Below, piece after piece: positions 24,141-38,049 of a DNA stretch of 64,000 bases. The translations under genes and the position numbers were made by a program. The DNA lies in NCBI GenBank assembly GCA_030390025.1, contig CM059432.1:24926001-24990000 (forward strand), in the 5' to 3' direction. Numbering within the stretch: the first letter of the stretch is position 1; every line of letters starts with the position of its first letter. This DNA comes from Squalus acanthias (lineage: Eukaryota). The notes below the pieces were generated by a model, which saw only the letters and a list, made by a program, of their open reading frames with translations, made no database searches and was not told where the DNA came from.

Positions 24141-25005
24141 AAGGTGATTTTAACCCTACCTGCTCATAGAGTTGCCAACTCTGGTTGGACATATTGTTGG
24201 AGGTTCCTACACATAACCGCCCGGCTAAGTCAAACAGCTTTCCAATATTTCATAATTAATAAATGAAAGTGCTCAAAGAAAATGATGAAAACGTGCAACT
24301 TTCTGTCATACCTTATGCATTTTCTCACGCTCCCAGCAGTGTCCAGGCGATTAATCTTCAATTCCTGGAGACCCCCAGGACAATCCTGGAGGGTTGGCAA
24401 CTCTCCTCACCCGGCAGAGGCCACGTGGCTGGGCTGTTAAAATGCCCCAGGTCACTTACTTGCCGATGCCCCGCCTGCTTCTTAGCAATCCTGATTTCAA
24501 CCTTCTCTTCTGAGAAGGCGGCAAAGGCACCTGCCTGAAACCAGTGGGGTCTTTCTTTAAATATGTATATCAGGGTCCGTTGACTACAATTTTAACTCTG
24601 GCTTGAGCTGGGAAGCTGCTTCGGCTATACCGAGAGGTGAGGACAGCGAGAAGAGGAGCCGGGACCAGAAGAAGCTGTTTATGGTAAGTTTTTTTTACTT
24701 TCCTTGTGGAAGTAGGAGTACTCATCGGACCCCACAAGAAAAGTTTAGGCCTCCCCTTACCCAGATTCCGCCCCCTTCCCTCCCACGGGGAGCCCCATCC
24801 CCCCCTAAACCCCCCCCCCCAACCCCCCACCCACCCCCCACAAAACACCCTTTCCACGACTTAATTTCTTGCCGGTGAGCCTTACTATGGTGCCAGCCTC
24901 CGGCCCTCCTGCCCCCACCCGCCGGTGAGCTGCCATGCGGGAGTGTTTGCCACTCACTCCACCTCCCACTGCCCAGAATTCCGTTTCCCCGTTAAAATTC
25001 TCCTT
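24141..25005. mobile_element. MITE-like TIR element (family of 860-4481, opposite orientation)
   Basis: AAGGTGATTTTAAC..GTTAAAATTCTCCTT termini. Internal similarity to ~2270-2340. Right boundary approximate. Confidence 0.55.
24167..24405. mobile_element. Small hAT (Blackjack-like) MITE nested in the previous element
   Basis: TIRs TAGAGTTGCCAAC / GTTGGCAACTCT; no clean 8-bp TSD seen. Confidence 0.6.
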
Positions 25006-25161
25006 TGGAAGATTCACCTTTGCACTGCTATGACTGCCAGTTTGGATTCAGCGCTGCTGGGAAAAAGAATAGATATCAAAATGGCAAAGGTGCAAGGTTT
25101 CCCAATCTCGCTGTGCCGGCAGCCATTCTGTGCCATATTTCTACCTGTTGCAGGCCGTAAG

Positions 25162-25379
25162 TGACGTAAGAAAACTACTAGGCACTTGGTCTAAGCGTTA
25201 AACAAAGCTTTAATCAACTGTTTTTCAACATGGAGATCTAGTTGTGTCCTTCACTAGTTCCTGTTGAGGAATGTCCTAAGCAAGCTGGGCCCATGCCCGA
25301 GTATTTATACTCTCCCTGGACAGCGCCACCTGCAGGCCACCCAGTATTACTTCATACATGAATGGCAAGATTCATGTCA
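25162..25379 (-). mobile_element. Solo LTR, 218 bp
   Basis: TGACGT..ATGTCA termini. TSD GTAAG (25157-25161, 25380-25384). Minus-strand TATAAATA (~25302-25309) upstream of ATTAAA (~25209-25214). Confidence 0.75.
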
Positions 25380-25519
25380 GTAAGTAGCATCTAATTGAGG
25401 CCAGGGGGTTTAAATACCCCAGACCTGAAACTTAGCTAGCTGTCTAATTCCCCCACGCTCGCCCTAAACCCACTCCAGGTTACAATCGAACCCACAGATT
25501 ATTAACAATATCCCACAAG

Positions 25520-26330
25520 GTAGATAGAAATGAGGAAAGCCATTCGGCCGATCCATGTAGGAAAATCTAGTCCCTAATTACAGCATTCAACTGCCTCTCA
25601 AATGAACCCAATGTTTTTGCCATCATTATGCAACTTGAAAGTTCATTCAAGTATTGATTAGTGTGTGAGTGAAATGAACTTTGTGGGTTGGTATTAAAAT
25701 TGCCTGTCACTAATCTGAAGCTATGGGCTCCTCCCTATTGTCAAAGTTTACCTTGAAGTAGTGTTTCAGATGACCTCTTCTATACTGTTTCCTATATCAT
25801 ATATCTCCATAATGTCCCCTCTCAGTTGCCCCCTTTCAAAGTTGAAGAGCTGGAGTTTATTTCCAATCTTTCCTCAGGGTTTATTCTACCGACACGTGAA
25901 TGCTTTTCTCTGTATCACTTCTTTGATCATTAGTATTGTACACCAAAACCAAACACTGTACTTAAAATGTGGTGTAACCGGAGCACTGTACTGTGTACTA
26001 TTTTAGAGTTAAATACTTCAATTTATAATCTACTGATCTACTGATAAAATTCAGCATTCTATTTATTTTCCTTCACTGTGACTGGATATGTTAAGTGCTG
26101 ATTCCACAAGCAACTCTAGATATCTTTCAACTGCATTCTTGCCTAGTTCGACACCATTTATACTTATTGCTCTTATTTTTCCTTCTATTCTGCATTACTC
26201 TGCACATATCTGTATTGAATTTCCTATGCCACAATTCTACCCACTTACAGATTTTATCTAGCTCAGTTTGGAAGTACTACACTGTCTCATCAGTTTAATC
26301 TTGTCTGTAAATCTGACCAATTCACACTCG
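25520..26330 (-). mobile_element. Highly decayed CR1 3' region
   Basis: Residual motifs (CCATTCGGCC tail, ATGTCCCCTCTCAG, CACCAAAACCAAACACTGTACTT, CACTTACAGATTTTATCTAG). Confidence 0.5.
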
Positions 26331-27339
26331 TTTTCAGGATTGCTCTCTCATTTCTCGACAAACAGGCACGTTAACTATCATGCATCAATTAACTTCATTA
26401 CTTAATCACCTGGTATATTTTGAGTTAGACAGTTTATGAAAATCCAAAGAGGACCTCAAGCCTTTGGCAATGAACCGAGACTGCCCCCTCCATTATTTTC
26501 CTCAGGCTAGAAGGTCTATAAAGGAAAGAGAAAAATACACATGTTTTTTAAAAGAGCCTTGCATCTAGCATACATCCATCACATTTTACGCATCAGGTAA
26601 AAATTTCAGGGCAATGGGGAAAGAGCAGGGGAGTGGGACTAATTGGATAGCTCTCTGAAAGAGCCAGCACAGGCACAATGGGCCGAATGGCCTCCTTCCG
26701 TGCTGTATGATTCTATGACCCTGATTTTCATCCCTGTTTTCAGGCGGGAGTTGGGCAGTAGCATGCTCAAAATCGAAGTGCAGAACTTACCGCCCCCCAT
26801 TCCCATTGTCACGCCATCTGCCGCCATTTTGATTGGGGCCTTCAGGTAGACAGCCAAGGCACCAACCGTCAATTGGACCCGAATACAATTTTCAAGTACC
26901 ACTCGGAGGAGTTTGTGTGAGTGCACTCCACCCAATGGTACAGGACGTAGAGCGGCTTAACCGGCAGTCCTTAAAGGGACCGCTGACGGTCGCTCCAAAA
27001 ATGGAGCAGATAGGTTTACTAGTGAATTTTGTAGGGTAAGAAGAGCATTAATGCTCCTCCAGGTCGCACAAAAATCAATCTGCCCTATTCCCAACTCTCC
27101 CCTCGGATTGACAGTCTGTCCTCCCTTAACTTAATTCACCCATCTCAACTCTGCGGACTACTCATCCCTCCCCCCCCCACCCCCCAATCGCAGCCCAGAA
27201 TGCCAAGCTGCTCTGAATATGTGTTCAAAATGGTCTTGGCCTCAAACCGCTTTCATTGTGGGGGGGGGGGGGAGCAGCTGGGTGCTGGTGGGCTCGCTCG
27301 ACCCACCTCCTGCCTGAAGAAAGGGGTCACATCAAAAAA

Positions 27340-27692
27340 AGTTGTAATGTAGGGAAATGCACCAGCCAATTTACACACAGCAAAGTCCTACGAACAGCAA
27401 TGAGGTAAATGACGAATTAAACTGTTTTAGTGATGTTGGTTGTGCGATAAATGTTGGCCAGGATACGAGGAGAACTGCTCTGCTCTTTTTTGAAATGGTA
27501 CCATGGGATCTTTGATGTCCACCTGGGAGGGCAGAAGGGACCTTTGTTTCATGTCTCATCCGACCACGCAGCACTCCCTCAGTACTGCACTTGAGTGTCA
27601 GCTAAGATTAGCTGCTCAAGTCTCTGGAACGGGGCTTGAACCCACAACCTGACCAAGAGGTGAGAGTGCTACCCATTAATCCAAGGCTGACA
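27340..27692 (-). mobile_element. DeuSINE (SacSinE1-like)
   Basis: Reverse complement aligns with 23458-23915; GGGCTTGAACCC..CCAAGGCTGAC head. Confidence 0.75.
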
Positions 27693-28738
27693 TTAATATT
27701 GGACAAATAATTATTAATGAGAAATGTTATGCTATGGACTTGGAGCCGGAAAGTTGATTGTGGTTGTATGACATGTTAAGAATTATTTTGAATAATTGAA
27801 AAATAGAGAGAAAATAAGCCATTCATTTCCTGATGGTTTTGGGGACCATACTTGAGCTCTTACTCAGTATCTCCTCTGCTTCCCAAGCAGGAGTTAGGGA
27901 TTTGTAACCATTTGCCAATTTAGAGAAACTTCCCTTAACAATTAACCTCAAATTGACCTGAAGATGTGCCTACTTAGATCACTTCCCCACAAAGATTTTC
28001 TAAGCAATGACTTTAAAGGGACGGATCAGGTTAAGTGCAGCTCCAGCTTAGCAGCTAAGCATTAAATCCACGAAGACGAACCCTAGACTTACTGGTAAAC
28101 ACCACAGGATGTCATCTACTGTAGGATTTTTTTCGCCATTACTAGTTTATAGAAGCACGGCGATTCAAACTGACCTCCAGTTCACCCTGGGCAAAATGAA
28201 TAAAGTAACAGATTTCTCCTTCCTGTACCTTGTTTGCTGAGTGTGTTTATTTTTCCAGGCAAGTCATTTGGCATTGTGAGGAGGGAAGATGATATTCGGC
28301 AGATGATAATCAAGAGCAGTGCTTTATTCCTGTAATCCACAGTTGCCTGCCACATATCATATTTGTCCCACAAGCCACACTGTAACCAAATCTATGAGCA
28401 CTGTTATATTAATCCCCCGAATATCATCTGTATACAGAAGGAAAATAAAGACAGATGGAATTCGACAGGGAGAAGAGAGACTACCACCTTTAATGGAGCA
28501 AGGCTTTATGTATTGAATGGTAGTGAATGCATGTTAGCTGTGTAACACATTGTTAGTAGAATTTGTGCAGATAAGTGAATAATATTATACATGTAAAATT
28601 AAGTAGTCTAGAAAAATTACTGTTTACTTTTAATATTTCTTGATTATTTTCTCTCTTGCTTAGGTTCCCTTTGCTCAATGGCCGATTCCATTCTCTCGTT
28701 GATGGGGGGGTGGGGGCAGCAAGTGGCCTGCTGCCACT

Positions 28739-28926
28739 GGGGGTAATTTTAACCTAACTCGGTGAAAGGGAAACCCACCCGATCGGGTGGTATGCCGGTT
28801 ATATACCCCGCCCAATATTACTCCACATGGACTTCAATGGAGAGTAAAATCGGGTGAGATGAAAAACCAGTGTTGCAGCTAATCTTGTCAGTTTCACAAC
28901 GGACGGGTTGGGTTAAAATTGCCCCC
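28739..28926. mobile_element. Palindromic MITE
   Basis: GGGGGTAATTTTAACC..GGTTAAAATTGCCCCC with central ATGGACTTCAATGG, like 7354-7539. Confidence 0.65.
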
Positions 28927-29483
28927 GATCATTCCATGTACTGTACTGAAGTGGCAATTTTCCCTTCTGACTTAAAGTTTAAATGGCTGTTCCTCAGATT
29001 TCTTTTGAGCTATCAGCATCCCATACATCACATTCTGAGCAGTGAATCACTACTCCAAACAAATTGGTGGTCCAATCGGTCTTTGGATTCCGTTCCTCTT
29101 CCTCCAGGGCTATGATAAAAAATGATCACCAGTGCATCCCCATAGCAAGGGAGAGTGGAGACCCTTTTTTCCAGCACTGGGGGCGAATAACCTATTGCTT
29201 TGAATACTTTTTGTTGAAGTCATCAAGGAGCCTATTGAATTTAGACTATGAGTGTAGAAAAAGAGAACGTAACTGCACAATTAACAAGCCTCTAGCGAGA
29301 CTAGAAATAAGTATAATTGGGCAGGTGGAAAAGGCTCCCAGTAGAAGCAACTGAAACTGTGTCAATTAACATACTCATAAAAAGTTGTATGGCTATCTGG
29401 TTGGCTGTGGAATTAAAGGTTATAGGAATTAACAAGACTGGTCCAGGAGAGACAGGCTGCATTTAAACCAAATAAGAATAAAG

Positions 29484-29988
29484 TGGCCTAAATTTAATGG
29501 GTGTAAAATGGCGCAACGATTACAAATTCAACAGGCAGAGGCCCGTGCACAATCCGCACAGCCACTGCTAAATTTGTCAGGACCTTTTACCTTAGACGAC
29601 CATGGGAGTCGCTTAAAATGAGCGCAGGCTTCATTTTAATAAAGACTCCTGCGGCCATTTCAGGCATGGACTCTTAAATTGGCTTCGACTAGTTGGAGCT
29701 TTTTGTGAAGTTGGAACCAGCAACTGCGGGCTGCTGTCAGCCTACCCTTGGTCCCTCACGATCGCCTTCCCATTCCGGATTTACCTGTGAGCCTTGGAGG
29801 TGACCAAATTTCATTAGGCCCCGATAGGCAAGCTGCGTTGGGCTGATTGGTTCCCGTAGCTTGCCTAAATTATGATGATGGGGCCCGAGGATGAATTTTG
29901 TTTGGTTTTCAGGCCTCTCCGTTCTGGCGCCATGTTGTGGCGCGCTGCTGGAATCGTGCCCAGTTTGGGGCACGAACAAATTTAGGCA
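29484..29988. mobile_element. TIR element (MITE-like)
   Basis: GCCTAAATTT..AAATTTAGGC termini around a GC-richer body. Confidence 0.5.
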
Positions 29989-30149
29989 GTAAAGAGAGTT
30001 GTGAGGAACTTTGAGACAGCTATTAAAATTTATTTACTCCTTATAATTGGGGGAGGTAAGAGCAGAGAAACAACCAGATTTCAAATAAGCTGGGTTGTAG
30101 GGTAGAAGATAGTCACTAGGTGGGTACCAGGACAAAGACCCAGAGAAAC

Positions 30150-31035
30150 ATATGTTAACAAAAGCAAAATTAGTGATTTTGATATAAATAAGATGGGAGT
30201 TCTAGACAGATTTAAAGTGCTCAAAACTAATAATTCTCGTGGGAGAGATGATATTTATCTCCTAGTGCTGAAAAAGAGGAGGGAGAAGATTTATCAGGCA
30301 TTGACAATCATTATGAGGTGAGCTACCAGTAGATTGGAAACAGCCAAATGCAGTGCTCATATTCAACAATGATGACAAAACAGAAACAGGCAACTAATGA
30401 CCCATTAGTCTTAATTAAATCCCATGTAAAATAATGCAACCAATTATCAGGAGTAAACTTGAAGGCTATCCATACAAAAATACTGTAGTGAATAGCAGTC
30501 AGCATGGATACAGAAGGGGGAGATCCAGCCCTATCAAGTTCTTTGACTTCTTGAATAAAGCTCTGGTTAGACCCCATTTAGAGTGCTGTGTTCATTTCTG
30601 GAGACCGCAACTCAGGAAAGATATATTGGCCTTGGAGAGGGTGCAGTGCAGATTCAGCAGAATGATACCAGAGCTAATAGGGTTAAATTATGAGGGCAGG
30701 TTGCACAGACTAGGCTTGTATTCTCTTAAGTACAGATTAAGGGGTGATCTAATTGAGGAGTTTAAGATGAATAAAGAAACTGATAGGGTAGATAGAGAGA
30801 AACTATTTCCTCTGGGAGGTGGGAATCCAGAAAAAGTGGGCATAACCTTAAGAGCTAGGCCATTCAGGGGTAGTGGATATCTGGAACTCTCCCACAAAAA
30901 GCTGTTGATATTTTTGTTAGGCAAGGGTATTAAGGGTTACAGAACCAAGGCGGGTAGATGGAGTTAAGATACAGATCAGCCACAATCTAACTGAATGGCG
31001 GAACAGTCTCAAGGGGCTGAATGGCCTATTCCTAA
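30150..31035 (+). mobile_element. Decayed/composite CR1
   Basis: ORF 30434-30967 (SQHG..ALVRPHLECCV..RLRGDLIE) and CR1 3'UTR GAATGGCGGAACAG..GAATGGCCT. Confidence 0.75.
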
Positions 31036-32069
31036 ATGAAAATTGGACACTTTCTATCACAGTTGGCTGATCTGCAACGCCAGTTTTATGTCTGGTGGCA
31101 AGTTGAAAATCTACCCCATTTTGTCATTCTAGGTTCTCTCATGTTCTTATCAAAAAGATGTCATTCCAGTTAATTTAATTAGAATGCAAATCTCAATTTT
31201 TTTGTGTCACTTTTCCCTTGCTAATTACTTCAGTTACTAATTACATAAAAAAAAATATGATTCAGTTCACCAACTTTATTTTGAATTGGTACTTTTAATT
31301 AAATGTATACATTGCGACTGTCAGTTTTACTTTACACTTCAAAGTGATTTTCATGTGCAAAATACAACTTATTCAATTCACGTTTCACTGCCACTTCTTT
31401 AAAAAAAAATTGGCCTTTTGCAGTAAATTAATCATGTTTTTAGGATGTTAATGTAGCTCGTATTTCAAACAGTATAATGTTGCCTTTGTAATCATGAGAA
31501 TCTCTGCAGATGAGAATTAATTACCAAAGCTGAATAGAAAAATTTGGGTCTTCGGGGAGATCAGTAAACTGTACGGATATCAACCAGCCGCAACTAGAAC
31601 AGATTCATTCTGACATCTTCTGGAGACTTATCTTAAATTAATTTTCTGGATTTCCCTCTTAATATTTCTTCACCCTTCTGCCAAACCGCTGCTTACCTCA
31701 ATATGTCCTCCAACCAATTGAAGGGAGAGAAACAAGTCAAGGACTCCTTCATGCCTCTGTCACTAGAGGCCTTCAGAGGACTTTCTTCTCCTCCAGCTAT
31801 GATGTACAATGATCGTCATGGGTAAGTGTAACCTTGCTCATATTAATTTACCCAATATTCTTGCAAAGATAGCCATTTTTAGCCCAATATGTGTAGAGAC
31901 CAAATTTGAAATTTTCTTTGGAGTGCAGATGATTATGCTTATCAGGATAAATCTCAGTGCTGAGGATTGGAATTCTTTTCTGATTTTTACACCAGTATGA
32001 TCAAGTCAGGTATAACATGGATTGCATGCAACATCCTCCACCCTGGGTCAATTATGTGCCTTAAATACC

Positions 32070-32615
32070 ACACTTGCTTCTGAGTCAGAAGGTTCTAGGT
32101 TCAAGTCTCACTCAAGAGACTTAAGCACATGATCTAGACTGACACTTTAGTGAAGTACTGAGGGAGTACTGCACTGGTGGAGGTGGCACTGAGTCAGACA
32201 GTTGTGGCTTCAGGTCTCATTCCAGAGACTTGAGTGCAAAATCCAGACTGCCACTCCAGTACAGTACTGAGAGTGTTGGAGGTGCTGTTTTTCAGATGAC
32301 GCATTAAAATGAGGCTCTGTCTGCCCTCTCAGGTGGACATAAAAGATCCGTGGCACTATTCAAAGAAGAGCAGCAGAGTTCTCCCCAGTGTTCAGGCCAA
32401 TATTTATTCCTCAACCGATATCAATAAAAAACAGATTATCTGGTCATTATCACATTGCTGGACCTTTTTGAGGGACCTTGCTTTGCGCACATTGGCTGCC
32501 ACATTTCTCTACATTACAACAGTGACTACATTTTAAATGTACTTCATTGGCCATAAATCACTTTGAGGCGTCCTGAGGTCGTGAAAGGTGATATATAATT
32601 GTAAGTCCTTCTTCT
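32070..32615 (+). mobile_element. DeuSINE (SacSINE1-like) with duplicated 5' head
   Basis: CTGAGTCAGA..AGTACTGAG segment present twice (from ~32080 and ~32188), then Deu domain and tail. Confidence 0.75.
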
Positions 32616-34271
32616 TCCTCTTGAATCTTTGAGCTCAGTTGGTAACCCTCTATTGCGTTAGTGTGGCATTTCCATGTTTTACACCAACCATCTTGTAAGA
32701 CTGCCAATTCAGCGTCTATGAGCACTGAATAATAGCTAGTTTGTGCTATTGATTCTTGCCAACAAGTAATTGGGTTGATACTGCCTTAACCTCCGTCTTA
32801 GCCCAGGTCTTAATCAGCATATTGGAAGACTGTCCCCATTTCACATTGATTAGCACTAGATTTTCTGTTCTTTGCAAAGAGGCCACATGGATGGCTGGTG
32901 TAAGAAACTGAAAAATTCACACTGGTATAGTACAGACTAAGCTTCTGAAGTTGCGACTAACACATATTGTTGGGTCTAATGAGAGAAAGCTTTATCCAGG
33001 TACTGCCAATGGCACACCTGACTTGGGAGGGCTTGATGTTGAAATTGGGTGGCTAGTGTTGTTGTCCCTTGCATAAAATAATACAAAGAAAAAAGTTAAC
33101 CAAAGCTATTTAATATAAGAGGCTTCTACCTGAGATAGAGAGGACTAATCCTTATAGCCTGAGCTGAATTGAACCCTAGATGCTTGATGGAAAAGTGAGT
33201 CTAAAAGCAAAAGGATTGAAAATATTCCATTCCACAGCACTGACATCTCTCAACTTAAGAAAGACAACCATTCAGCAGAAATAAAACAGTCAGCTACTTG
33301 CTAGGTGCAGGGGGTTATAAGAAGGTTTCTTCAAGTAGCCATTCAACCATCTGCACAAGTCTCATTGGAGCCTTTCTTGTTTTGAAAGCTTAAAATGGAA
33401 GTGGGACACTGTGCTGATGATCCCACAGTTGTTGTTGCACCTCCACGTGGTTCTTGGCATTGAATGATCGGATTGATTATCGGGAGCAATAGGAGTTGAA
33501 CACGAATCACATGTTTCTACTGACTCCAGAAGAAAACGCACCAATTTATTGTAGCTGTTGCTCTGTGATCAGCTGCCTGTAGGACTGAAAATCATTGTAC
33601 TCTACACATTAAATATTATTCCAAAGCTCAATCTCTTGTATCACCTTAATACTTCATTGCCATTGTGTAAAAAAGTACACTTAATCAAATGGAGGCCTAG
33701 AAGTGCATGCCTGTTTGTAGCAGAAGGCCCCTTTAATATGCAAATTGGAGTCCCATGATGCACTTATATACTCCGATTGCAATTTTGAGGGACAAGTGGG
33801 TGTAGCCTGCAGTGTGCATGCTCCGCTCATTTTTCCCAGGTGGTAGTTTCAAAAAATGGCCTCAAATCTTTTCTCAGATCATGACACATAGCAGCTGAGC
33901 AGCAATATAATAATGAGATCCATTTCTGCAGAGTAATAACTGAGCATACCATTAACATGTTGAAGGCATGCTTCAGATGCCTGGATTGATCTGGGGCAGC
34001 CTGCAATATAGCGAGGGAAAAAAGCTTAACTTGTATGATTTACTGCTGCTGATCAGTAACAAGCTGTATATTGAGAGAGTGGAATCCTTTCCTCTTGCCT
34101 TAGTAATGGCATTAAGCAAAGGAGCATGTAGGACTATGTGGGGGCAATTTGTGAGTTCCTGGGGCCAGGAGGAGCAGGAGTGCCCAACATTATGAGCACT
34201 GCTCTGCTCAGGTTTGTGGAACGCCTCTGACTGGAAGCTTGCCCATTGATTTCATTGGCATCATTAGATCT

Positions 34272-34945
34272 TAACATAAGAACATAAGAAATAGGAGCAG
34301 GAGTAGGCCATTTGGCCCATCGAGCCTACTCCGCCATTCAATAAGATCATGGCTGATCTTGTACCTCAACTCCACTTTCCTGCACTATCCCCATATCTCT
34401 AGATTCCCGTATTATTCAAAAATCTATCGATCTCTGTCTTGAATATACTCAACGACTGAGCCTCCACAGCCCTCTGGGGTAGAGAATTCCAAAGATTCAC
34501 CACTCTCTGAGTGCAGAAATTTCTCCTCACCTCAGTCCTAAATGGCCGACCCCTTAGTCTGAGACTGTAACCCCTGGTTCCAGACTCCTCAGCCGGGGAA
34601 ACATCCTCCCTGCATCTACCCTGTCAAGCCTGTAAGAATTTTGTATGTTTCAATGAAATTACCTCTCATTCTTCTAAACTCTAGAGAATATAGGCCTAGT
34701 CTACTGAACCTCTCCTCATAGGTCAATCCCCCCCATCCCAGAAATCAGTCTGGTGAACCTTTGTTGCACTCACTCTAAGGCAAGTATATTCTTCCTTAGG
34801 TAAGGAGACCAAAAATGTACACAATACTCCAGGTGTGGTCTCATCAGGGCCCTATATAATTGCAGTAAGGCATCTTTACTCTTATACTCAAATCCTCTTG
34901 TAATAAAGGCCAACATACCATTTGATTTCCTAATTGCTTGCTGTA
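34272..34945 (-). mobile_element. CR1 LINE 3' portion
   Basis: AACATAAGAACATAAGAA tail; ORF 34770-35081 NGMLAFITRG..RPHLEYCV. Confidence 0.9.
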
Positions 34946-35215
34946 TCTTCTGTATGAAAGTTGGCAACAGGTTGTCCTCTCCATCTTCAGATTGTAGCTG
35001 CACCTTTGGCTGATCTCCTTGCTGGAAGCTTTCTTCCCAGCTTCCATGATGATGCCACTTTTTGAAGCAGGTAGCATACACGCACGATCCTTGAGACCCT
35101 AACAGGGCTATATTGCAGGCTGCCCCAGATCAATCCAGGCATCTGAAGCATGCCTTCAACATGTTAGTGGTATGCTCAGTTATTACTCTGCAGAAATGAA
35201 TCTCATTATATTGCT

Positions 35216-35612
35216 AAATAACAACAGAAAACGCTGGAAAAACTCAGCAGGCCAGGCAACATCCGTGGAGAGAGAAACAGAGTTAACGTTTCAGGTCGAA
35301 ACCCTTCGTCGGAACTGAAAGAGCAGGAAATTAAACAGATAAAAATGCAAGGGGGAGGCTGGGGGGAGGAATAAAAGAACAAAAGTGGGGGGGGTCTATG
35401 GTAAGTAGAGACATTAAGAGATGCTCAAGGCAAGACGAGATGGTAATGGGACAGGTTAAGAAACAAAAGGTGAGGTGTGAAATGCTGGCAGAATGAGAGA
35501 CAGCTGCCGTGGGGGGGAGAGAGAGAGAAAAAAAAAGGAAAAAGGCACGGACCAAAAGAGTGGATAAAATGTATACATATGTGGTAGGGGCCGGGGTTAT
35601 GATCTGAAATTG
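35216..35612 (-). mobile_element. Penelope-like 3'/pLTR fragment with hammerhead motif (35281-35316)
   Basis: TSD ATCTCATTATATTGCT (35200-35215, 35613-35628). The inverted copy near 33900-33925 lacks the insert. Confidence 0.8.
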
Positions 35613-38049
35613 ATCTCATTATATTGCTGCTCAGCTGCTATGTGTCATGATCATTGGCTGCAGAATTCCAGTGGAATTCCCAGAGGTTAGACAGAGACTT
35701 GTCTTTCTAGGTCAAAGAGTTCTGACATGGTGGGCTACTTCAAAATGACGGTATCATGGCAACTCTCAGGGGGTGAACATTCACTTGTATGATTTACTGC
35801 TGCTGATCAGTAACAAGCTGTACATTGAGAGAGTGGAATCCTTTCCTCTTGCCTTAGGTAATGACAATAAGTGAAGGGGCATGTAGGACTATGTGGGGGC
35901 AATTTGTGACTTCCTGGGGCCTTTGGGAATCCTGCCACTGCAAATTTGATGTGCCCTGTCACTCTGCCATCGATTGTCCATTAGGGTGGAGATGGAATTG
36001 CTTGCTCTAATAAACAATATATATGTGACCCTTTTAGTGCATCTACGCACGGCTGATTAGATAATGTTAGTGATGTCTCCAATGAAATGACCCCATAGCA
36101 TAAAAGTTAAGGGCAGTTGTAACCTTAAGAGCAACGGGCAGTGTGGTGTCTGTGGTAGATGCAGTTTGTAGATCGGTTGCAGCATGTGGCATAACTCATT
36201 ATGGCTTCTTTTGTAAAGTAAATCTTCCACAGACAATACTCCTCTGAAAAACGCAAGTATGTGCTTCCACCAGTATATTCTGCTGTGGAGGGACTCGCGG
36301 GTTTGGACTATGTGCCTCGGGTACTGCCTGACCAGTCTGGAATCCCTTCAGTGGCTGTAAAGTGCTTTGGGACATCCTGAGGTTGTGAAAGGTGCTATAT
36401 AAATGTAATTTCTTCTAATTTCATTGTTCCTCCTCTTTTTCTACCAAAAAACAAAGGTACAAGTGGAATTTGCTATGTGTAACCCATTGTGCCCTGTCTT
36501 AATTGCGAAGAGAAATCAACAGGAAAAAATGCAGCCCCACTGCAAATAGCACATAGTAGTCACAAACAGCAAAACAATGAGCACCCCAAATTGAGTGAGA
36601 AATAGGTTTTAAACTGGTACTACAGACATTGATGCTAGGTTCTTTAAATCTTCTTCCAATTTCTGCTGAGCCCCTGACAACCCTGGATGCCGGTTTTGTG
36701 CAGGTGAGAAGATAAATTAGTACGAACAAGGCAGAAATATGGGAAAATGGGATGTATGAAGTCATGGTATTTTTTTTTAGCTCATTTGCATACAACAATC
36801 CAAAAATCTCAGGCACTTCCAGTACTTGCCAAAAATTAAGGCAAAAAAATGGGACAGGACAACAATGTGAGTGCAAATGTGTCCAATTTTCCAGTTGGCT
36901 CCACCCAATTTTCGAGCACAAACTAGGTGGATCCAATCAAAATATTCAAGCTATCATGTCACCTTGGAGCCAATTCAAAGCCAAAGAGACTCCCCTTATC
37001 ACTGCTTGATGAAATGTTTAATGTCAGAAAAGAACTGAAAGGTGGTCAATTTGGACAATGTATAATCCTTAATTTTTTTCTTTAAAGTGCCTTTTCTCCC
37101 ATGGTCAATGTAAAATGTTAAACCGACTCTTCAACATTGGCTGTACTGTAATGGTAGAATGTTTTTGCTGTGATGCAAAATATTCAGTATAACTACACTA
37201 TCTGTCACCTTTACAAGTCCTGGATGAAACGAGTTTAGGCAGTCCTATCTCAGGTCCTAGATCCTTAAAGGTACCCGTCATTTGGTACAGGTTGCACTGT
37301 ATTAGCACTTTCACTCAGACATACTGCAAGAATGATTAGTGTATGAAGTGGAAATATCATAGTGTAGTAAAAAAGTGCTGTTCCAAGGTTAGCGTTAAGG
37401 CACATTGTTGGGACATGTTTAAGGAAGGTTTAGCCTGCATGTAACCCCATTATGAAGTACTTGTCCCAGTGCCAAGTGCTCAACCAGTTAGGTAGAAATA
37501 GATTAGATACATCAACATTAGGCTAGAGAGATGGTGTAGAAGAGAGGCCTCTAGATTCCTAGAATACACAAGTCTTGAGGTAAGGGAAGCCATTCAGACA
37601 GGACTAGATTTGTACGAATATGCTTGCAAAGAAATAAATAGAGCATTGGGGAAGGGTGTAAATGTTAAACATAGGGGCAATATATAAAATATACCAGAGA
37701 AAAAGCAGAAAGATCAAAGGAATGTTTTGAAGATTTATGGCTGTAAAGCGCTTTAGGATGTCCGGTGGTTATGAAAGGCGCTATATAAATGTAAGTCTTT
37801 CTTTTTACTAAAACATTTGCAACAAAATAACAACTCAAAGCTGTTGGAAACAATAATGTAATGGGATCTCAGAAATATAATTAATCTCCACTGACGGAGA
37901 TGATACAACATACTAATGTTTAGAGTACTCAGGAAGGACAAACTAGACAGAAAAGGAAATTACATGGCTATGGGGAACGAGCAACAAAGTGGGACTAATT
38001 GGTTAGCTCTTTCAAAGAGCCAGCACAGACTCGTGGGAATGGTTCCCCG

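Larger units (their letters stand above)
33877..35921. repeat. Local duplications: A 33877-34012 inverted at 35107-35652 (split by Penelope insert); B 34029-34166 direct at 35783-35921
   Basis: Direct reading shows near-identical inverted A and highly similar direct B. Confidence 0.85.

Noticed and set aside
28259..28335. Possible terminal exon after TTTTTCCAG (KSFGIVRREDDIRQMIIKSSALFL*)
   Set aside because: Plausible acceptor but no recognisable protein and no partner exons; cannot be supported without RNA or homology data.
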